Source: Gammaproteobacteria bacterium
GTDB taxonomy: Bacteria; Pseudomonadota; Gammaproteobacteria; Steroidobacterales; Foliamicaceae
DNA length: 64,000 bases
NCBI GenBank assembly: GCA_026708965.1
Contig: JAPOTY010000024.1
Location: forward strand, 20,785 to 84,784
Reading direction: 5' to 3'
Below the pieces are notes generated by a model. That model made no database searches. It saw only the letters and a list, made by a program, of their open reading frames with translations, and was not told the origin of the DNA. A program made the translations under genes and the position numbers. This document shows, one piece after another, positions 49,205-59,036 of the stretch (the stretch's first letter is position 1; each line of letters begins with the position of its first letter).

Positions 49205-50203
49205 ATGATTGTCAGGGTGACCGGCACGGATGTATTCAAGCAGGCGATCCGGCTTGTGGGCAAGGATTGGAACCTGCTGAATCGGCTCATCTACGAAAGC
49301 CTGCGCAGCGATGTTCCGCTGGTGGGGCGGGTGGCGCAGTATCTTCTCAGTTCCGGTGGCAAGCGCATCCGGCCCATGTTGTTGATGCTCGCGGCCCGCG
49401 CCCTGGGTTGTCCGCCCGGCGGCCCGCAGGTGCGCGCCGGCGTGATCGTGGAATACATCCACTCGGCAACGCTGCTTCACGACGACGTGGTGGATGAAGC
49501 GGAATTGCGCCGCGGGAAGACCGCCGCCAACGTGCTCCACGGTCCGGCGGCGAGTGTGCTGGTGGGCGATTTCCTCTATTCCCGCGCCTTTGAATTGATC
49601 GTGAAAACGCTCAAGAAGGATCGCGCCGTGGAGGTGCTGGCGGCCACCACCAACCGGATTGCCGAGGGCGAGGTTCTGCAGCTGATGAATCTCAAGCAGG
49701 CCGCCGTAACCGAGCACCAGTACCTGGAAGTGATCCGCCGCAAGACGGCATCGCTGTTCCAGGCCTGCGCTCAAATTGGCGCCATCCTCGCCGATGCGGA
49801 TCCCGCCTTTGAGAAAGCGGCGACCACTTACGGGCTTGAGCTCGGCATGGCCTACCAGATCACGGATGACGTGCTGGACTACTCAGGCGGAGCAAGCGCC
49901 TTCGGCAAGAGCGTGGGCGCCGACCTCAAGGAAGGCAAGACCACGCTCCCGATAATTTATGCGATGCATGCCGGCTCGCCCTACCAGCAGGCAGCCCTGC
50001 GCAATGCCCTGCGCACAGGCGGACTGGACAACCTGCCGGAGGTGATGGAAGCGATTGAATCCACGGGGGCGCTACAATACGCCGCCAAGCGCGCCGGGGA
50101 AGCCGCCGGACGCGCCGTGGACGCATTGGCCGGCCTGCCCGATTCAAAGTTTCGCGACCTGCTCGAATCGTTGGCTCGCTTCTCGGCGCAGCGTGCCTTT
50201 TAG
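49205..50203 (+). CDS. ispB: octaprenyl-diphosphate synthase
   Basis: It has the two Asp-rich motifs LLHDDVVDE and DDVLD. The start was trimmed to the ATG at 49205. Confidence 0.9.
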   Translation: MIVRVTGTDVFKQAIRLVGKDWNLLNRLIYESLRSDVPLVGRVAQYLLSSGGKRIRPMLLMLAARALGCPPGGPQVRAGVIVEYIHSATLLHDDVVDEAELRRGKTAANVLHGPAASVLVGDFLYSRAFELIVKTLKKDRAVEVLAATTNRIAEGEVLQLMNLKQAAVTEHQYLEVIRRKTASLFQACAQIGAILADADPAFEKAATTYGLELGMAYQITDDVLDYSGGASAFGKSVGADLKEGKTTLPIIYAMHAGSPYQQAALRNALRTGGLDNLPEVMEAIESTGALQYAAKRAGEAAGRAVDALAGLPDSKFRDLLESLARFSAQRAF

Positions 50204-50230
50204 CGTCCGGGCGGCCTTTCGCCCAACGGT

Positions 50231-50307
50231 CGGGGTGTAGCTCAGCCTGGTAGAGCACTGTCTTCGGGTGGCAGGAGTCGCTGGTTCAAATCCAGTCACC
50301 CCGACCA
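50231..50307 (+). tRNA. tRNA-Pro (anticodon CGG)
   Basis: CGGGGTGTAGCTCAGCCTGGTAGAGCACTGTCTTCGGGTGGCAGGAGTCGCTGGTTCAAATCCAGTCACCCCGACCA folds as a cloverleaf. The anticodon loop is TTCGGGT. Confidence 0.9.
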
Positions 50308-50426
50308 TCAATCCGCCAAGGAAAAAAGATTCGCGCAATCTCCAGCACGGTCGAAACGCCTTCCGCCGAGACATCGATTTGATGCAGGTATGATGAGCCG
50401 ATGCCCAAAGCAAGGAGGTAAGGAGA

Positions 50427-50693
50427 ATGAAAGGAATCAAGAAATGGTCTGTTGGCGTGTTGGCGGCGTGTGGCATGTTGGCGGGGCTATTGATTGCATC
50501 CACGGCACACACCCAAGGCTCCCCCAACTATGGCGTGGCGTATCGGCAATTGCACTGCCAAGGAGTAGGCACCAATGTTGTGGGCAGTTATTCGAGCAAT
50601 CAGACCGCGTTCGAAGCCAAGCTCAGAAGCTATGGCTACTGCTTTTATGAATGGCAAGTGCATATAGCGCACCATGCCTGCATCAACCTATAA
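50427..50693 (+). CDS. small secreted Cys-containing protein (88 aa), unknown function
   Basis: A strong SD (AAGGAGGTAAGGAGA) precedes the ATG. The signal peptide is MKGIKKWSVGVLAACGMLAGLLIASTAHT. It lies in the AT-richer DNA downstream of tRNA-Pro. Confidence 0.5.
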   Translation: MKGIKKWSVGVLAACGMLAGLLIASTAHTQGSPNYGVAYRQLHCQGVGTNVVGSYSSNQTAFEAKLRSYGYCFYEWQVHIAHHACINL

Positions 50694-50707
50694 GCGGGGA
50701 AGACGCC

Positions 50708-51004
50708 ATGAAATGGAGGAGTGTTTGGTTGATCGGGGTGATTACGGGGCTCGTCATTGCAGCTGGCGGACATATTCTTTGGGAAAACCAAAAGATGCAG
50801 GATTACTCGTACTCGTGGGAAAAAGATCAGTCTCGGCTGACCACTTGGGAGGAGTCGAAGCATATCTTGAAATACATGCCGTCCTTGTCGCCTAATTCCG
50901 ATGGGTTGCTGCTGCTGGACGATGGCACTTTTGTGCCGCGGGCCTATTTCGACATGCCGCCGGCATTGCGCTTTATCGTTCCTGTGCGGCATCAAGGCCT
51001 ATAA
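50708..51004 (+). CDS. small single-pass membrane protein (98 aa), unknown function
   Basis: MKWRSVWLIGVITGLVIAAGG is a TM helix. The gene starts 15 nt after the preceding ORF, in the same AT-richer islet. Confidence 0.4.
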   Translation: MKWRSVWLIGVITGLVIAAGGHILWENQKMQDYSYSWEKDQSRLTTWEESKHILKYMPSLSPNSDGLLLLDDGTFVPRAYFDMPPALRFIVPVRHQGL

Positions 51005-51101
51005 GGCTGCATCGCTTGCTGCGGCGAGGAATGCGTGGTCCGCATGCGCCTTAATGAAGGGTGCGGGCGTGGGCAGTTTCTAAAATTTGGTGAAGGAAAT
51101 A

Positions 51102-51129
51102 TTGACAAGTCAATGAAATAATATATATT
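51102..51129 (+). promoter_or_regulatory. candidate sigma70 promoter for the SYLF-domain gene
   Basis: TTGACA (51102-51107), a 16-nt spacer, then TATATT (51124-51129), about 35 nt upstream of the ATG at 51163. Confidence 0.35.
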
Positions 51130-51162
51130 TGCTGAACCGAAAACGCCATATCGGGGGCCACC

Positions 51163-52698
51163 ATGATTCGCAAATCGGTTATTGGGCTTGCCCTTTTCCT
51201 GCTCGCCGTCCCGCTGCTTGCCGACAACAAGCTGGACGACCGGATGATGCATGCCGCGTCGATCATTCATGAGATCCGAGGCTCGCTGGATGAGGAAGCG
51301 CCCGGAGTGCTGGGCAACGCCTATGCGGTGGCGGTGTTTCCGGAGTTCGTGAAAGTGGGGCTGCTCGGCGGAGTGAGGCACGGGCGCGGCGTTTTGGCCA
51401 AACGGCTGCCTTCCGGAGACTGGAGCAAACCGGCATTCGTGCGAATCACCAGCGGCAGCCTCGGCTTGCAGTTCGGCGTGTCGATATCGCAATTGCTGAT
51501 CGTGTTCAAGGATCCGAAAGCCGTCGAGGCAATCTCCGGAGGGCAGTTCACGATTGGCGCCGACGCAGGCTACGCGGCGGGCGAACTGGGCGGCATGGCC
51601 GGCGCGGGCACCGACAGCCGCTTCCGCAACGAAATCGTGGCGGTGGCGCGCTCCAAGGGCCTGTTCGCCGGGGTCGCGCTGGAAGGCGGCGTTCTGCGGA
51701 TCGAAAAGGACTCCAATGTCGAGTTCTACGACAGCGCCATCGGGCTGGACGGCCGCACGCTCTTGGAGGATATCGAAGTGGAGATGCCGGCGGTGGCGCA
51801 GCATTTCCGTATCGTGCTGGCCGAATCGATTCCGCCGCTGGCCGAAGGCGAGCGACCGATGAGCGCCGATAACGCCAAGATCGATATCGATATCAACCGC
51901 CCGAAGGCTGGCGGCGCTGAAAGCTCCGCAAAGCAGGCTAACTCCTCTCCCGCCGGCTCCGGCGGGGGCGCGCAGCCGCAGGCCGGCCCGGCGAAGGCGA
52001 AGGGGGTTGAGCCTCCAGCTGGCGCGCAGCCGCCCTCCGTGCAGGCTTATACGAATACGGCGCCCGCGCCGAGGCCGGAAGAAGTCGCTGAAGGGACGTG
52101 GGTGAAGCCGGACGGGCAGGCATTCGCCTCCGCCGATCGCCCCAGGGCAACCCGCGCATACGAATACAGAAACTCGGGCGGAGATTCGCGCGTGGCCGAC
52201 AAGGTGGCCGACAAGCTGGCAGGCAAGGTGGCCGGCGCGCTGTGGGACGGCGCCGTGGAGCTGGGGAAGAATGCGCTGCGCAACGATCCCGAGACGCAAA
52301 CCGCAAAGGCGGCGGCGAGCGCCGGCGGCAAACTGGTTGAAGCCGTGCTTCCAAAGCCAGGCGCGCCCAAACCGAAAAAGCCGACGGCGCCTAGCACCAA
52401 GCCGGCGGCGCCGGCTCCCAACTCGACAGCGCCCGACTCCCGGCTGGCGGCGTACGCTCCTAAGCCGGCCAGCCAGTGGGTTGAAATTCCCGAGGCGGAG
52501 CCGCAACAGCTTGCCTCATACATGCGAGAGGGAGCAGCGGGGAAAACTGGAAGCATCACTCCCAGAAGCCTCAGAAGGGCTGCCGGAGCCGCTTCGGACG
52601 CGGGCTTCACCGGCCCTCCCCCTCCTTCGGAATGGCCGCAGGAGTGGCTGCTGCAGCAAGCGGCGGGCGGCGCCTGCGTGCAAGTGCAAGGCTCCTAA
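51163..52698 (+). CDS. SYLF (DUF500/Ysc84-like) lipid-binding domain protein with long disordered C-terminal tail
   Basis: It has a signal peptide and an N-terminal ~200-aa SYLF pattern (GSLGLQFGV, FTIGADAGYAAG, GLFAGVALEGG). About 290 aa of Ala/Pro/Gly/Lys-rich tail follow. Confidence 0.75.
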   Translation: MIRKSVIGLALFLLAVPLLADNKLDDRMMHAASIIHEIRGSLDEEAPGVLGNAYAVAVFPEFVKVGLLGGVRHGRGVLAKRLPSGDWSKPAFVRITSGSLGLQFGVSISQLLIVFKDPKAVEAISGGQFTIGADAGYAAGELGGMAGAGTDSRFRNEIVAVARSKGLFAGVALEGGVLRIEKDSNVEFYDSAIGLDGRTLLEDIEVEMPAVAQHFRIVLAESIPPLAEGERPMSADNAKIDIDINRPKAGGAESSAKQANSSPAGSGGGAQPQAGPAKAKGVEPPAGAQPPSVQAYTNTAPAPRPEEVAEGTWVKPDGQAFASADRPRATRAYEYRNSGGDSRVADKVADKLAGKVAGALWDGAVELGKNALRNDPETQTAKAAASAGGKLVEAVLPKPGAPKPKKPTAPSTKPAAPAPNSTAPDSRLAAYAPKPASQWVEIPEAEPQQLASYMREGAAGKTGSITPRSLRRAAGAASDAGFTGPPPPSEWPQEWLLQQAAGGACVQVQGS

Positions 52699-54029
52699 TT
52701 CCTGGGGCTTGGGCGGAGCGCGTTCCAGAGCCATAGGGCGGCCATTGCCGCGAGCAGGGTATCGATCGCGGTAACGGTGGTGACGCTCCACCCCGAAGCG
52801 CTTTCCAGAAAACCGACCGCGCAGCCTAAGGCCCACGCCGCGACCGCGTCCCATCGGAAATCCGGCACCGGGCCGTCCCGGCCGGCGTTGATGCGGGTGA
52901 GCCGGAGCAGGAAGTAGTCCGCCAAATAGATTCCGGCGATCGGCGGAACGATGATGCCGAGCAGAATCAGGAAATCGATAAAGTGGTCCATGATCCCGGC
53001 GAGAGCCAGCAGCGTGCCGATTGCGCCGCAAACGAGCGTGATCAGCCAATCCCGAGCGTCCGGCAGTATCCGGGCAACGCTGAGCGAGGCGGAGTACAGA
53101 TTATTGACATTGGTGGTCCAAGTAGCGAAAACCAGCACGGCCAGCGCCGGAACGCCCAACCCCAGGCTGGCCATGGACGAAATCAGGTCCGTATCGGCGG
53201 ACACAAGAACCGGCAATCCGGCCAGCAGCAAAACCAGAGGATAGCCCATGCCGTAGCTCAAAAAAGCGCCGGTGACGGCATCGCCGCGCCGCCGCGCGAA
53301 ACGGGACAGGTCGGGAACCAGGGTCACGCCCACGAAAAAGCTTCCGATCACGATGGAAACGCCGGCGGAAACCGATGCGATGGCCGCATCGGCCCGCGCC
53401 GGCACCGCGCTAAGCGCCGCCAGACTGGTCCCGCCCAATACCTTCCAGACTCCGTAGAGAAGCAGCGCGGCGAGCAGGGGCACCGCAATGCGGCTCAAGC
53501 GGTCGATGGCGCGGAATCCGTAGATGGTGGTCGCCACCATCAAAACGCCGCCCGCGATCGTGAAAAGCCAGGGCGGCGCATCGGCGCCGAGCGTATCGCC
53601 CGCCGCCTGTGCAAGCGCCCGGCCGAACAAGGCCGCGGTCACGCCGTACCAGCCGAACAGCGTGATGGCGAGTATCAGATTAACCAGGTGCGAGCCTTTG
53701 CCGCCGAAGCAGAACCGGATAACGCTGTAAGTCGAAAGCCGGGTCTCGGCGCCCACGCGCATGGTCAGGTAGCCGATGCAAGCCATCAGGAATCCGCCGA
53801 GAAAGATCGCCAGCGCGCCGTCGGCCAGCCCCAAAGAGCCGACCAGCTCGGTGCCGATAAGAAAAGCCGGCAGCGTGATGCCCACGCCGATAATCACAAC
53901 GGCGATGGCCAGGCCGCTGACGGATTCAGCCGCCGGAACCCGGCCGCGCGAATGGTTGTCGGTCAGGCGGCGGGAGGTCAAAAAGCGGCTCGGCGCGATA
54001 GGCCGGCTAGGCGCGGCCGAGTTCCTCAA
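52695..54029 (-). CDS. NCS1-family purine-cytosine/hydantoin-type permease
   Basis: The 444-aa polytopic protein is CodB-like by pattern and context. The start is probably the TTG at 54029. Confidence 0.75.
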   Translation of the reverse strand: MRNSAAPSRPIAPSRFLTSRRLTDNHSRGRVPAAESVSGLAIAVVIIGVGITLPAFLIGTELVGSLGLADGALAIFLGGFLMACIGYLTMRVGAETRLSTYSVIRFCFGGKGSHLVNLILAITLFGWYGVTAALFGRALAQAAGDTLGADAPPWLFTIAGGVLMVATTIYGFRAIDRLSRIAVPLLAALLLYGVWKVLGGTSLAALSAVPARADAAIASVSAGVSIVIGSFFVGVTLVPDLSRFARRRGDAVTGAFLSYGMGYPLVLLLAGLPVLVSADTDLISSMASLGLGVPALAVLVFATWTTNVNNLYSASLSVARILPDARDWLITLVCGAIGTLLALAGIMDHFIDFLILLGIIVPPIAGIYLADYFLLRLTRINAGRDGPVPDFRWDAVAAWALGCAVGFLESASGWSVTTVTAIDTLLAAMAALWLWNALRPSPRN

Positions 54030-55134
54030 GCGGTCGATAGGCGTAGTCCATGCCGAACGCCTGGGGGCCCACCACTTGCAGCGCGCTGCCGGTGCGGAAC
54101 ACCGGGTCGCAGGACAGGCCCAGCGCCGTTACCCTCTGGCCGTAGCGCACATCCGGCGTTGGAATCGGTTCGGCGGTTTCGCTATCGACCAGGCAGATCA
54201 GATCCGGGGTCAAGGCGCGGGGCTTGCCGTCCAAGGTGCAGGCCAGGTACTCGTTGCGAAACTCAATGCGAACCTTTTGCCCCGCTCCGTTCAGGGGCGC
54301 CAGATCCAGCCAGCCGATCACGAAGCCGCGCTCGGTGGAGCGCCACACATCGACCACCTTGCCGTCGAACAGCCGTGCCACTTCGATGCCTTGGGCGCTC
54401 TCCCGGATGCCTCCCATCAGCGCTTCAATGGAAGACTTGCCGGACCTTGCGCTCTCGATGGCGCCGCCTAAAGCGTGGGCGAGCGTGACCGTATCGGCAA
54501 TCGCCACGCGCTTGGCCTCGCGGCCCGTCATCGGGTAGGCGGCAAGAAAGCAGAACAGGCCCATTCCCATGCATATGGCCCGCGCCAGCCTCTCTCCCTT
54601 GCCGTTGTCATTGCTGCGGCAGAGCACCGTATCGCGATGCTCGTCGGTCATCACGAAGGGCGATGCCGAAATCCCATGCAGCGAGAAGCTGGTCATCTGG
54701 AGTTCGGGAAAAGCGCGCCCCATGCCGTCGCCATCGATCACCGGCAGGCCGCAGGCCGCCGCAGCCATGATCGGAACCAGCGCGTTGAAGCCGCCCATCT
54801 CGGCGGCAATCAGCGCATCCGCCTTGCGGCCCAAGTGCTGCTCCAGCGTGCGCATCCCATGCAGAAGATGCGGCAGCTCGAACAGCCGCTCCTTCTCGAC
54901 CGTGGGGGCGCCGAAACCGGCCACGCAGATCACCTGCGCCTCGTCGTCGAGCTCGGCCAGCGGGATCAGATCCGCGGCGCGGTCGCCATCGGCATAAATC
55001 TGCCGCGCCGCGAGCAGCGAAATATAGGGATCGCCGCCGCCGCCGGCCCCTAGCAGCGTGGCGCCCAGCGCAATGCGCGCCACATGGTCGATTTCGAGCC
55101 GGCGGAGGCTGTCCGCCTTGTCGCTTGCCTGCAT
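54007..55134 (-). CDS. DUF917-family protein
   Basis: It has the characteristic LLGAGGGGDPY and VIDGDGMGRAFPELQM motifs. Confidence 0.8.
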   Translation of the reverse strand: MQASDKADSLRRLEIDHVARIALGATLLGAGGGGDPYISLLAARQIYADGDRAADLIPLAELDDEAQVICVAGFGAPTVEKERLFELPHLLHGMRTLEQHLGRKADALIAAEMGGFNALVPIMAAAACGLPVIDGDGMGRAFPELQMTSFSLHGISASPFVMTDEHRDTVLCRSNDNGKGERLARAICMGMGLFCFLAAYPMTGREAKRVAIADTVTLAHALGGAIESARSGKSSIEALMGGIRESAQGIEVARLFDGKVVDVWRSTERGFVIGWLDLAPLNGAGQKVRIEFRNEYLACTLDGKPRALTPDLICLVDSETAEPIPTPDVRYGQRVTALGLSCDPVFRTGSALQVVGPQAFGMDYAYRPLEELGRA

Positions 55135-55144
55135 GGGCCGCCCC

Positions 55145-57304
55145 CTAGAACCGGTAGCGCAATTCGGCGCCGATCGACCGCGGCAGGCTGTAGGCGCGAA
55201 TGAAATAGCCTAGGAAGCCGGGGTCGCTGGCGTACTGCTCGTCGAGGGCGTTCTTCATATAGGCCGAAACCGACCAGCGCTCGCTCTCCACGCCGGCGCG
55301 CAGGCTGACCAGATCGACAGGATCGATATCGAAGAGGAACCCGGCGTCGTTGATAAGGAAATTGCCCTGATGGCGCCAATCGGCGCGGGCGAACAGTTCG
55401 CGGTCGTTGCCGAGGGGCTGCCGGTACTCGCCCGCCAGATTCGAGGTCCATTCCGGCACGCTGTCGGGCCGGGTATTGAGTTCCGATATCTCGGCATCCA
55501 GGTATCCAAAGCCGCCGCTCAATTCAAGCCGCTCGGCGGCGCGCCACACGAACTCCAGCTCGACCCCGTTGATATCGGTGCTGGGCACATTGGTGGTGGT
55601 CCTGAACGGGGGTTCCGCGATAATGCTGGACTGCTGCTGATCGGAATAATCGATGCTGAACACGGCGCCGTTGACCGTCAGGAGATTGCCTGCCAGCGTG
55701 GCCTTGAAGCCCAGCTCGAAATTATCGGTGGTTTCGGGCCGGGTCAGATTGCCGGTATTGTAGAAGCCGAAGCGGAATCCCTTGGCATACGTCACGTAGG
55801 TCATCAGATCGTCCGACCAGTCATAGGACAGCTGCACTTTCGGCTGGAACTGGCTGTCTTTCGCCGCCAGCCGGTCCACCGGATTGCCGCCGGCGTCCAA
55901 GTTCTGGATCGTCGCGCCTGTCGCCAGGTTGAATTGGCGGGTGTCGTATTCGTTTTCGTCGTAGCGGCCCGCCACCGTTAATTCCAAAGCGGCGCTCAAA
56001 TCGAAATTCAGCTGTCCGTAAATGCCGAAAATCTCGTCCTCCTTCTCGTCGAACCGACCGAATATTTGCGCCAGAGCGCCCGGCGCGGGCGCCCGCACCA
56101 GGCCGATATCGAGATGGTTGACCGTCGTGCGCCGCAGCCATTCGACGCCGGCGATCCAGCGCAGCGATGCGTCGCCCGACGATGTCAGGCGAAGATCCTG
56201 GAAGAAGACCTCGAAATTATCCGCCAGGTCCTGGTATTGATCGATCGTCTCTCCCGGCATGGCGTTTTCGCCAAGAATCGGACCAAAGAGAGCGGCGATG
56301 GGCGGTTCGCCCCGCGCCGGAGGGCGGGTCCAGCTGATGGAGCCGAAGATATCCTGGTCGAGATCCACGGAGCTGGTGACCGACGTGAGCGCGGCGAACG
56401 GCAATTCGATATCGATTTTGGCCGACAGCTTGGTCGATTCCCGGTTCTCCTCGCCCACAATGCCGCGGTCCAAGGTGAAATCGGCGCTTGAGAAGCTGTT
56501 CACCTGGCCGATGGTCTCGAAGCGCTCCTGCATGGCCGCTCCGGCGTTCACGTCGGAATAGGCAGCGCGCAAGTCGATGCGGAAGCGCTCCGAGGGCGTG
56601 AACAGCAGTTGCGCCCGCACGGAGCCCTGATCGATGAAGTCGATATCATCGCCGGTGGTGGAATCAATCAGGCCGTCGCTGTCGCGCATAAAGCCTGTCA
56701 GACGGAATGCCACCGTGTCCTCCACGAGCGGCCCTGAGACCGTGCCTTGCAGCGTCAGGTCGTTGCCCTCGGCGTAGGAGATGCGGGCCTCGCCGCCGAA
56801 TTCGTCGCGAGGGCCTTTGGTGACGATATTGACCGCGCCGGCGATGGCGCCATTGCCGTAGAGGGCGCCCTGCGGCCCGCGCAGGATTTCGATCCGCTCC
56901 AAGTCGAACAAAGTGCCGGGGTTCAGCGCATCGAGCATGCCGGCCTTCACGCCGTCCACGGTGTAGGAGATCGGCGGAAAGCCCTGCTGCCCGGTGGTGA
57001 TGCCCCGAATGGTCACGAACACCACGCCGGCGCGGAAACCCTGCCTGGCCAGGAAATTGGGCGTCCGGTTCACGTACGACTCGAAGCTGTCGATGCCCAG
57101 CCTCTCAATCTCCGGGCCGCTGAACGCGGTGATGGCGTCGGGCACGTCCTGCAGCCGCTCGGCCCGCTGCCGCGCAGTCACCACGATCTCCTCCAGAATA
57201 TCGGCGGATGCCTGCTGGGCCGGCGCCGGAATGGAAACCACGGCGGCGGCAATAGCGATCCCCGCAGCAAGCGGCGCGCGCAAATGGATGGACTCTTTCT
57301 TCAT
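55145..57304 (-). CDS. TonB-dependent outer-membrane receptor
   Basis: It has a signal peptide, a plug region (EEIVVTARQRAERLQDVPDAITAF) and a C-terminal beta-barrel ending ELRYRF. Confidence 0.9.
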   Translation of the reverse strand: MKKESIHLRAPLAAGIAIAAAVVSIPAPAQQASADILEEIVVTARQRAERLQDVPDAITAFSGPEIERLGIDSFESYVNRTPNFLARQGFRAGVVFVTIRGITTGQQGFPPISYTVDGVKAGMLDALNPGTLFDLERIEILRGPQGALYGNGAIAGAVNIVTKGPRDEFGGEARISYAEGNDLTLQGTVSGPLVEDTVAFRLTGFMRDSDGLIDSTTGDDIDFIDQGSVRAQLLFTPSERFRIDLRAAYSDVNAGAAMQERFETIGQVNSFSSADFTLDRGIVGEENRESTKLSAKIDIELPFAALTSVTSSVDLDQDIFGSISWTRPPARGEPPIAALFGPILGENAMPGETIDQYQDLADNFEVFFQDLRLTSSGDASLRWIAGVEWLRRTTVNHLDIGLVRAPAPGALAQIFGRFDEKEDEIFGIYGQLNFDLSAALELTVAGRYDENEYDTRQFNLATGATIQNLDAGGNPVDRLAAKDSQFQPKVQLSYDWSDDLMTYVTYAKGFRFGFYNTGNLTRPETTDNFELGFKATLAGNLLTVNGAVFSIDYSDQQQSSIIAEPPFRTTTNVPSTDINGVELEFVWRAAERLELSGGFGYLDAEISELNTRPDSVPEWTSNLAGEYRQPLGNDRELFARADWRHQGNFLINDAGFLFDIDPVDLVSLRAGVESERWSVSAYMKNALDEQYASDPGFLGYFIRAYSLPRSIGAELRYRF

Positions 57305-57320
57305 CTCGCTTCTCCTTAGG

Positions 57321-58880
57321 TCAGGCGCTCATGCCTGAAAGCGCCAGTTCGCCGGCGGCCTTGATGCGCAGCCGCACCAGCGCGCCCGGCACATAGCTGA
57401 GCGGAATTTCCTCGATATTGGTGATCTGCACCGTGCCGGACTTCGCGCCGGCATCGATGGCGGCCTGGCTGGCCTGCTCCCGGGCCGCCTCCAGCGCCGC
57501 GTCCCGCCCCATCGCCTCATAGGAATAGACGCTATCGACCTCGCCGCCGACCAGCGCGATGGAGGCGCCCACGGCGTTGGCCACCGCCGCGCTGTCCGGA
57601 ACGATGATTTCGGAAACGCCGGGAATCTCCTCGGAAATAAGCACCGAGCCGCCGCCCACCAAAACCAGCGGTATCGGCTCGGCGCTGGTCTTCATCCGGT
57701 CCACGCCTTCGGCCAGCATCCTGTGGATTTCGCCAACGACCGCTTCAACGGCATCCCTCGGCAAATCGGCGACCCGCGAGGGCTCGCCCATTCGCGCGTA
57801 GCCGGCGGCAACCGCCGCATCGCTGGCGGTGAAAGTGCCGCCGCCGAAGACCTTGGCTTGCTCAAGCAATCGGTAGCCCACCGATCGCGGCCCGATGGCC
57901 ACGCCGCCGCCGCGCTGCGATACCAGGCTGCCGCCCCCCAAGCCCAGAGCGAGGATATCGGGCATGCGGAAATTGGTTCGGACTCCGCCGATATCCGCAG
58001 TCATCGAAGATTCGCGCGGAAAGCCGTTGGACAAGCTGCCGATATCGGTGGTGGTTCCGCCGATATCCGCCACCAAGGCATCGGTGGCACCGGACAAAAA
58101 GGCCGCGCCCCGCATGGAATTGGTGGGGCCGGAGGCGAAAGTGAGGACGGGATAATCCTCCGCAGCCTCCGCCGTCATCAGCGTTCCGTCGTTCTGGCTG
58201 AGAAAGAACGGCGCCTCGATTTCGAGCTCGCTCAAGGCGCGGCCGATCGACTTCACCACCTTGGACGACAGCTCCGCAAGGCTGGCGTTCATAATGGCGG
58301 CGTTTTCGCGCTCCAGCAGGCCGAGGCTGCCGATTTCGGACGAGCGGGTCACCGAAACCCCGGGCATCTCGTTGTGGACAATTTCCTCCGCGCGCTTTTC
58401 CATGCTGTCGTTGACGGGAGAAAAAAGGGCGCTGATTGCGACGGTTTTCAAGCCTTTGCGGCGGAATTGCCTAGCGGCGTCGCGCACCGCCAGCTCATCC
58501 AGCTCCGAATCGACGCTCCCGTCCACATGGTAGCCGCCGCCCACCAGCACCATGCTGTCGCCAATCGCGGATGCGAGGCCGGACGGCCAGCCGCTCAGAG
58601 GCAGGACGCCCGAGGAGGCCGGCAGCGCAATGCGGATCAGCCCCACATTCAACAGCCCTTCCCTGGCCACGAACGCATTGGTGAAATGCGTAGTGCCTAT
58701 GGCCACGCACCGAATGCGCTCCGAAGGAATTTCGGAGCGCTTGAGGACTTCCCGAATAGCATCGACGATGCCGTCCCCCACATCGGCGGTGGTGGGCAGC
58801 TTCCGGGAAGCGATCAGGGCCGCGCCATCCATAAGCACGGCATCGGTATTAGTGCCCCCCACGTCAACGCCAATAATCAT
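57321..58880 (-). CDS. hydantoinase/oxoprolinase family protein (HyuA-like)
   Basis: It starts MIIGVDVGGTNTDAVL at the ATG at 58880 and has a second ADIGGTTTDIG ATPase motif. Confidence 0.85.
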   Translation of the reverse strand: MIIGVDVGGTNTDAVLMDGAALIASRKLPTTADVGDGIVDAIREVLKRSEIPSERIRCVAIGTTHFTNAFVAREGLLNVGLIRIALPASSGVLPLSGWPSGLASAIGDSMVLVGGGYHVDGSVDSELDELAVRDAARQFRRKGLKTVAISALFSPVNDSMEKRAEEIVHNEMPGVSVTRSSEIGSLGLLERENAAIMNASLAELSSKVVKSIGRALSELEIEAPFFLSQNDGTLMTAEAAEDYPVLTFASGPTNSMRGAAFLSGATDALVADIGGTTTDIGSLSNGFPRESSMTADIGGVRTNFRMPDILALGLGGGSLVSQRGGGVAIGPRSVGYRLLEQAKVFGGGTFTASDAAVAAGYARMGEPSRVADLPRDAVEAVVGEIHRMLAEGVDRMKTSAEPIPLVLVGGGSVLISEEIPGVSEIIVPDSAAVANAVGASIALVGGEVDSVYSYEAMGRDAALEAAREQASQAAIDAGAKSGTVQITNIEEIPLSYVPGALVRLRIKAAGELALSGMSA

Positions 58881-59036
58881 TGAATCCGCTTTCCGCCCGC
58901 CTAGCTGGCCAATTGATAAAACTAACATCCGCAAGGCCGCCGGAGGCCTCGCTCAAGCAGTAGGAAAACTACTTTTTCAAGTAGGTTATAGAATCAGTCC
59001 CCACGCTTTAATTTACTATTGTTTTCGGTAGTTGAT

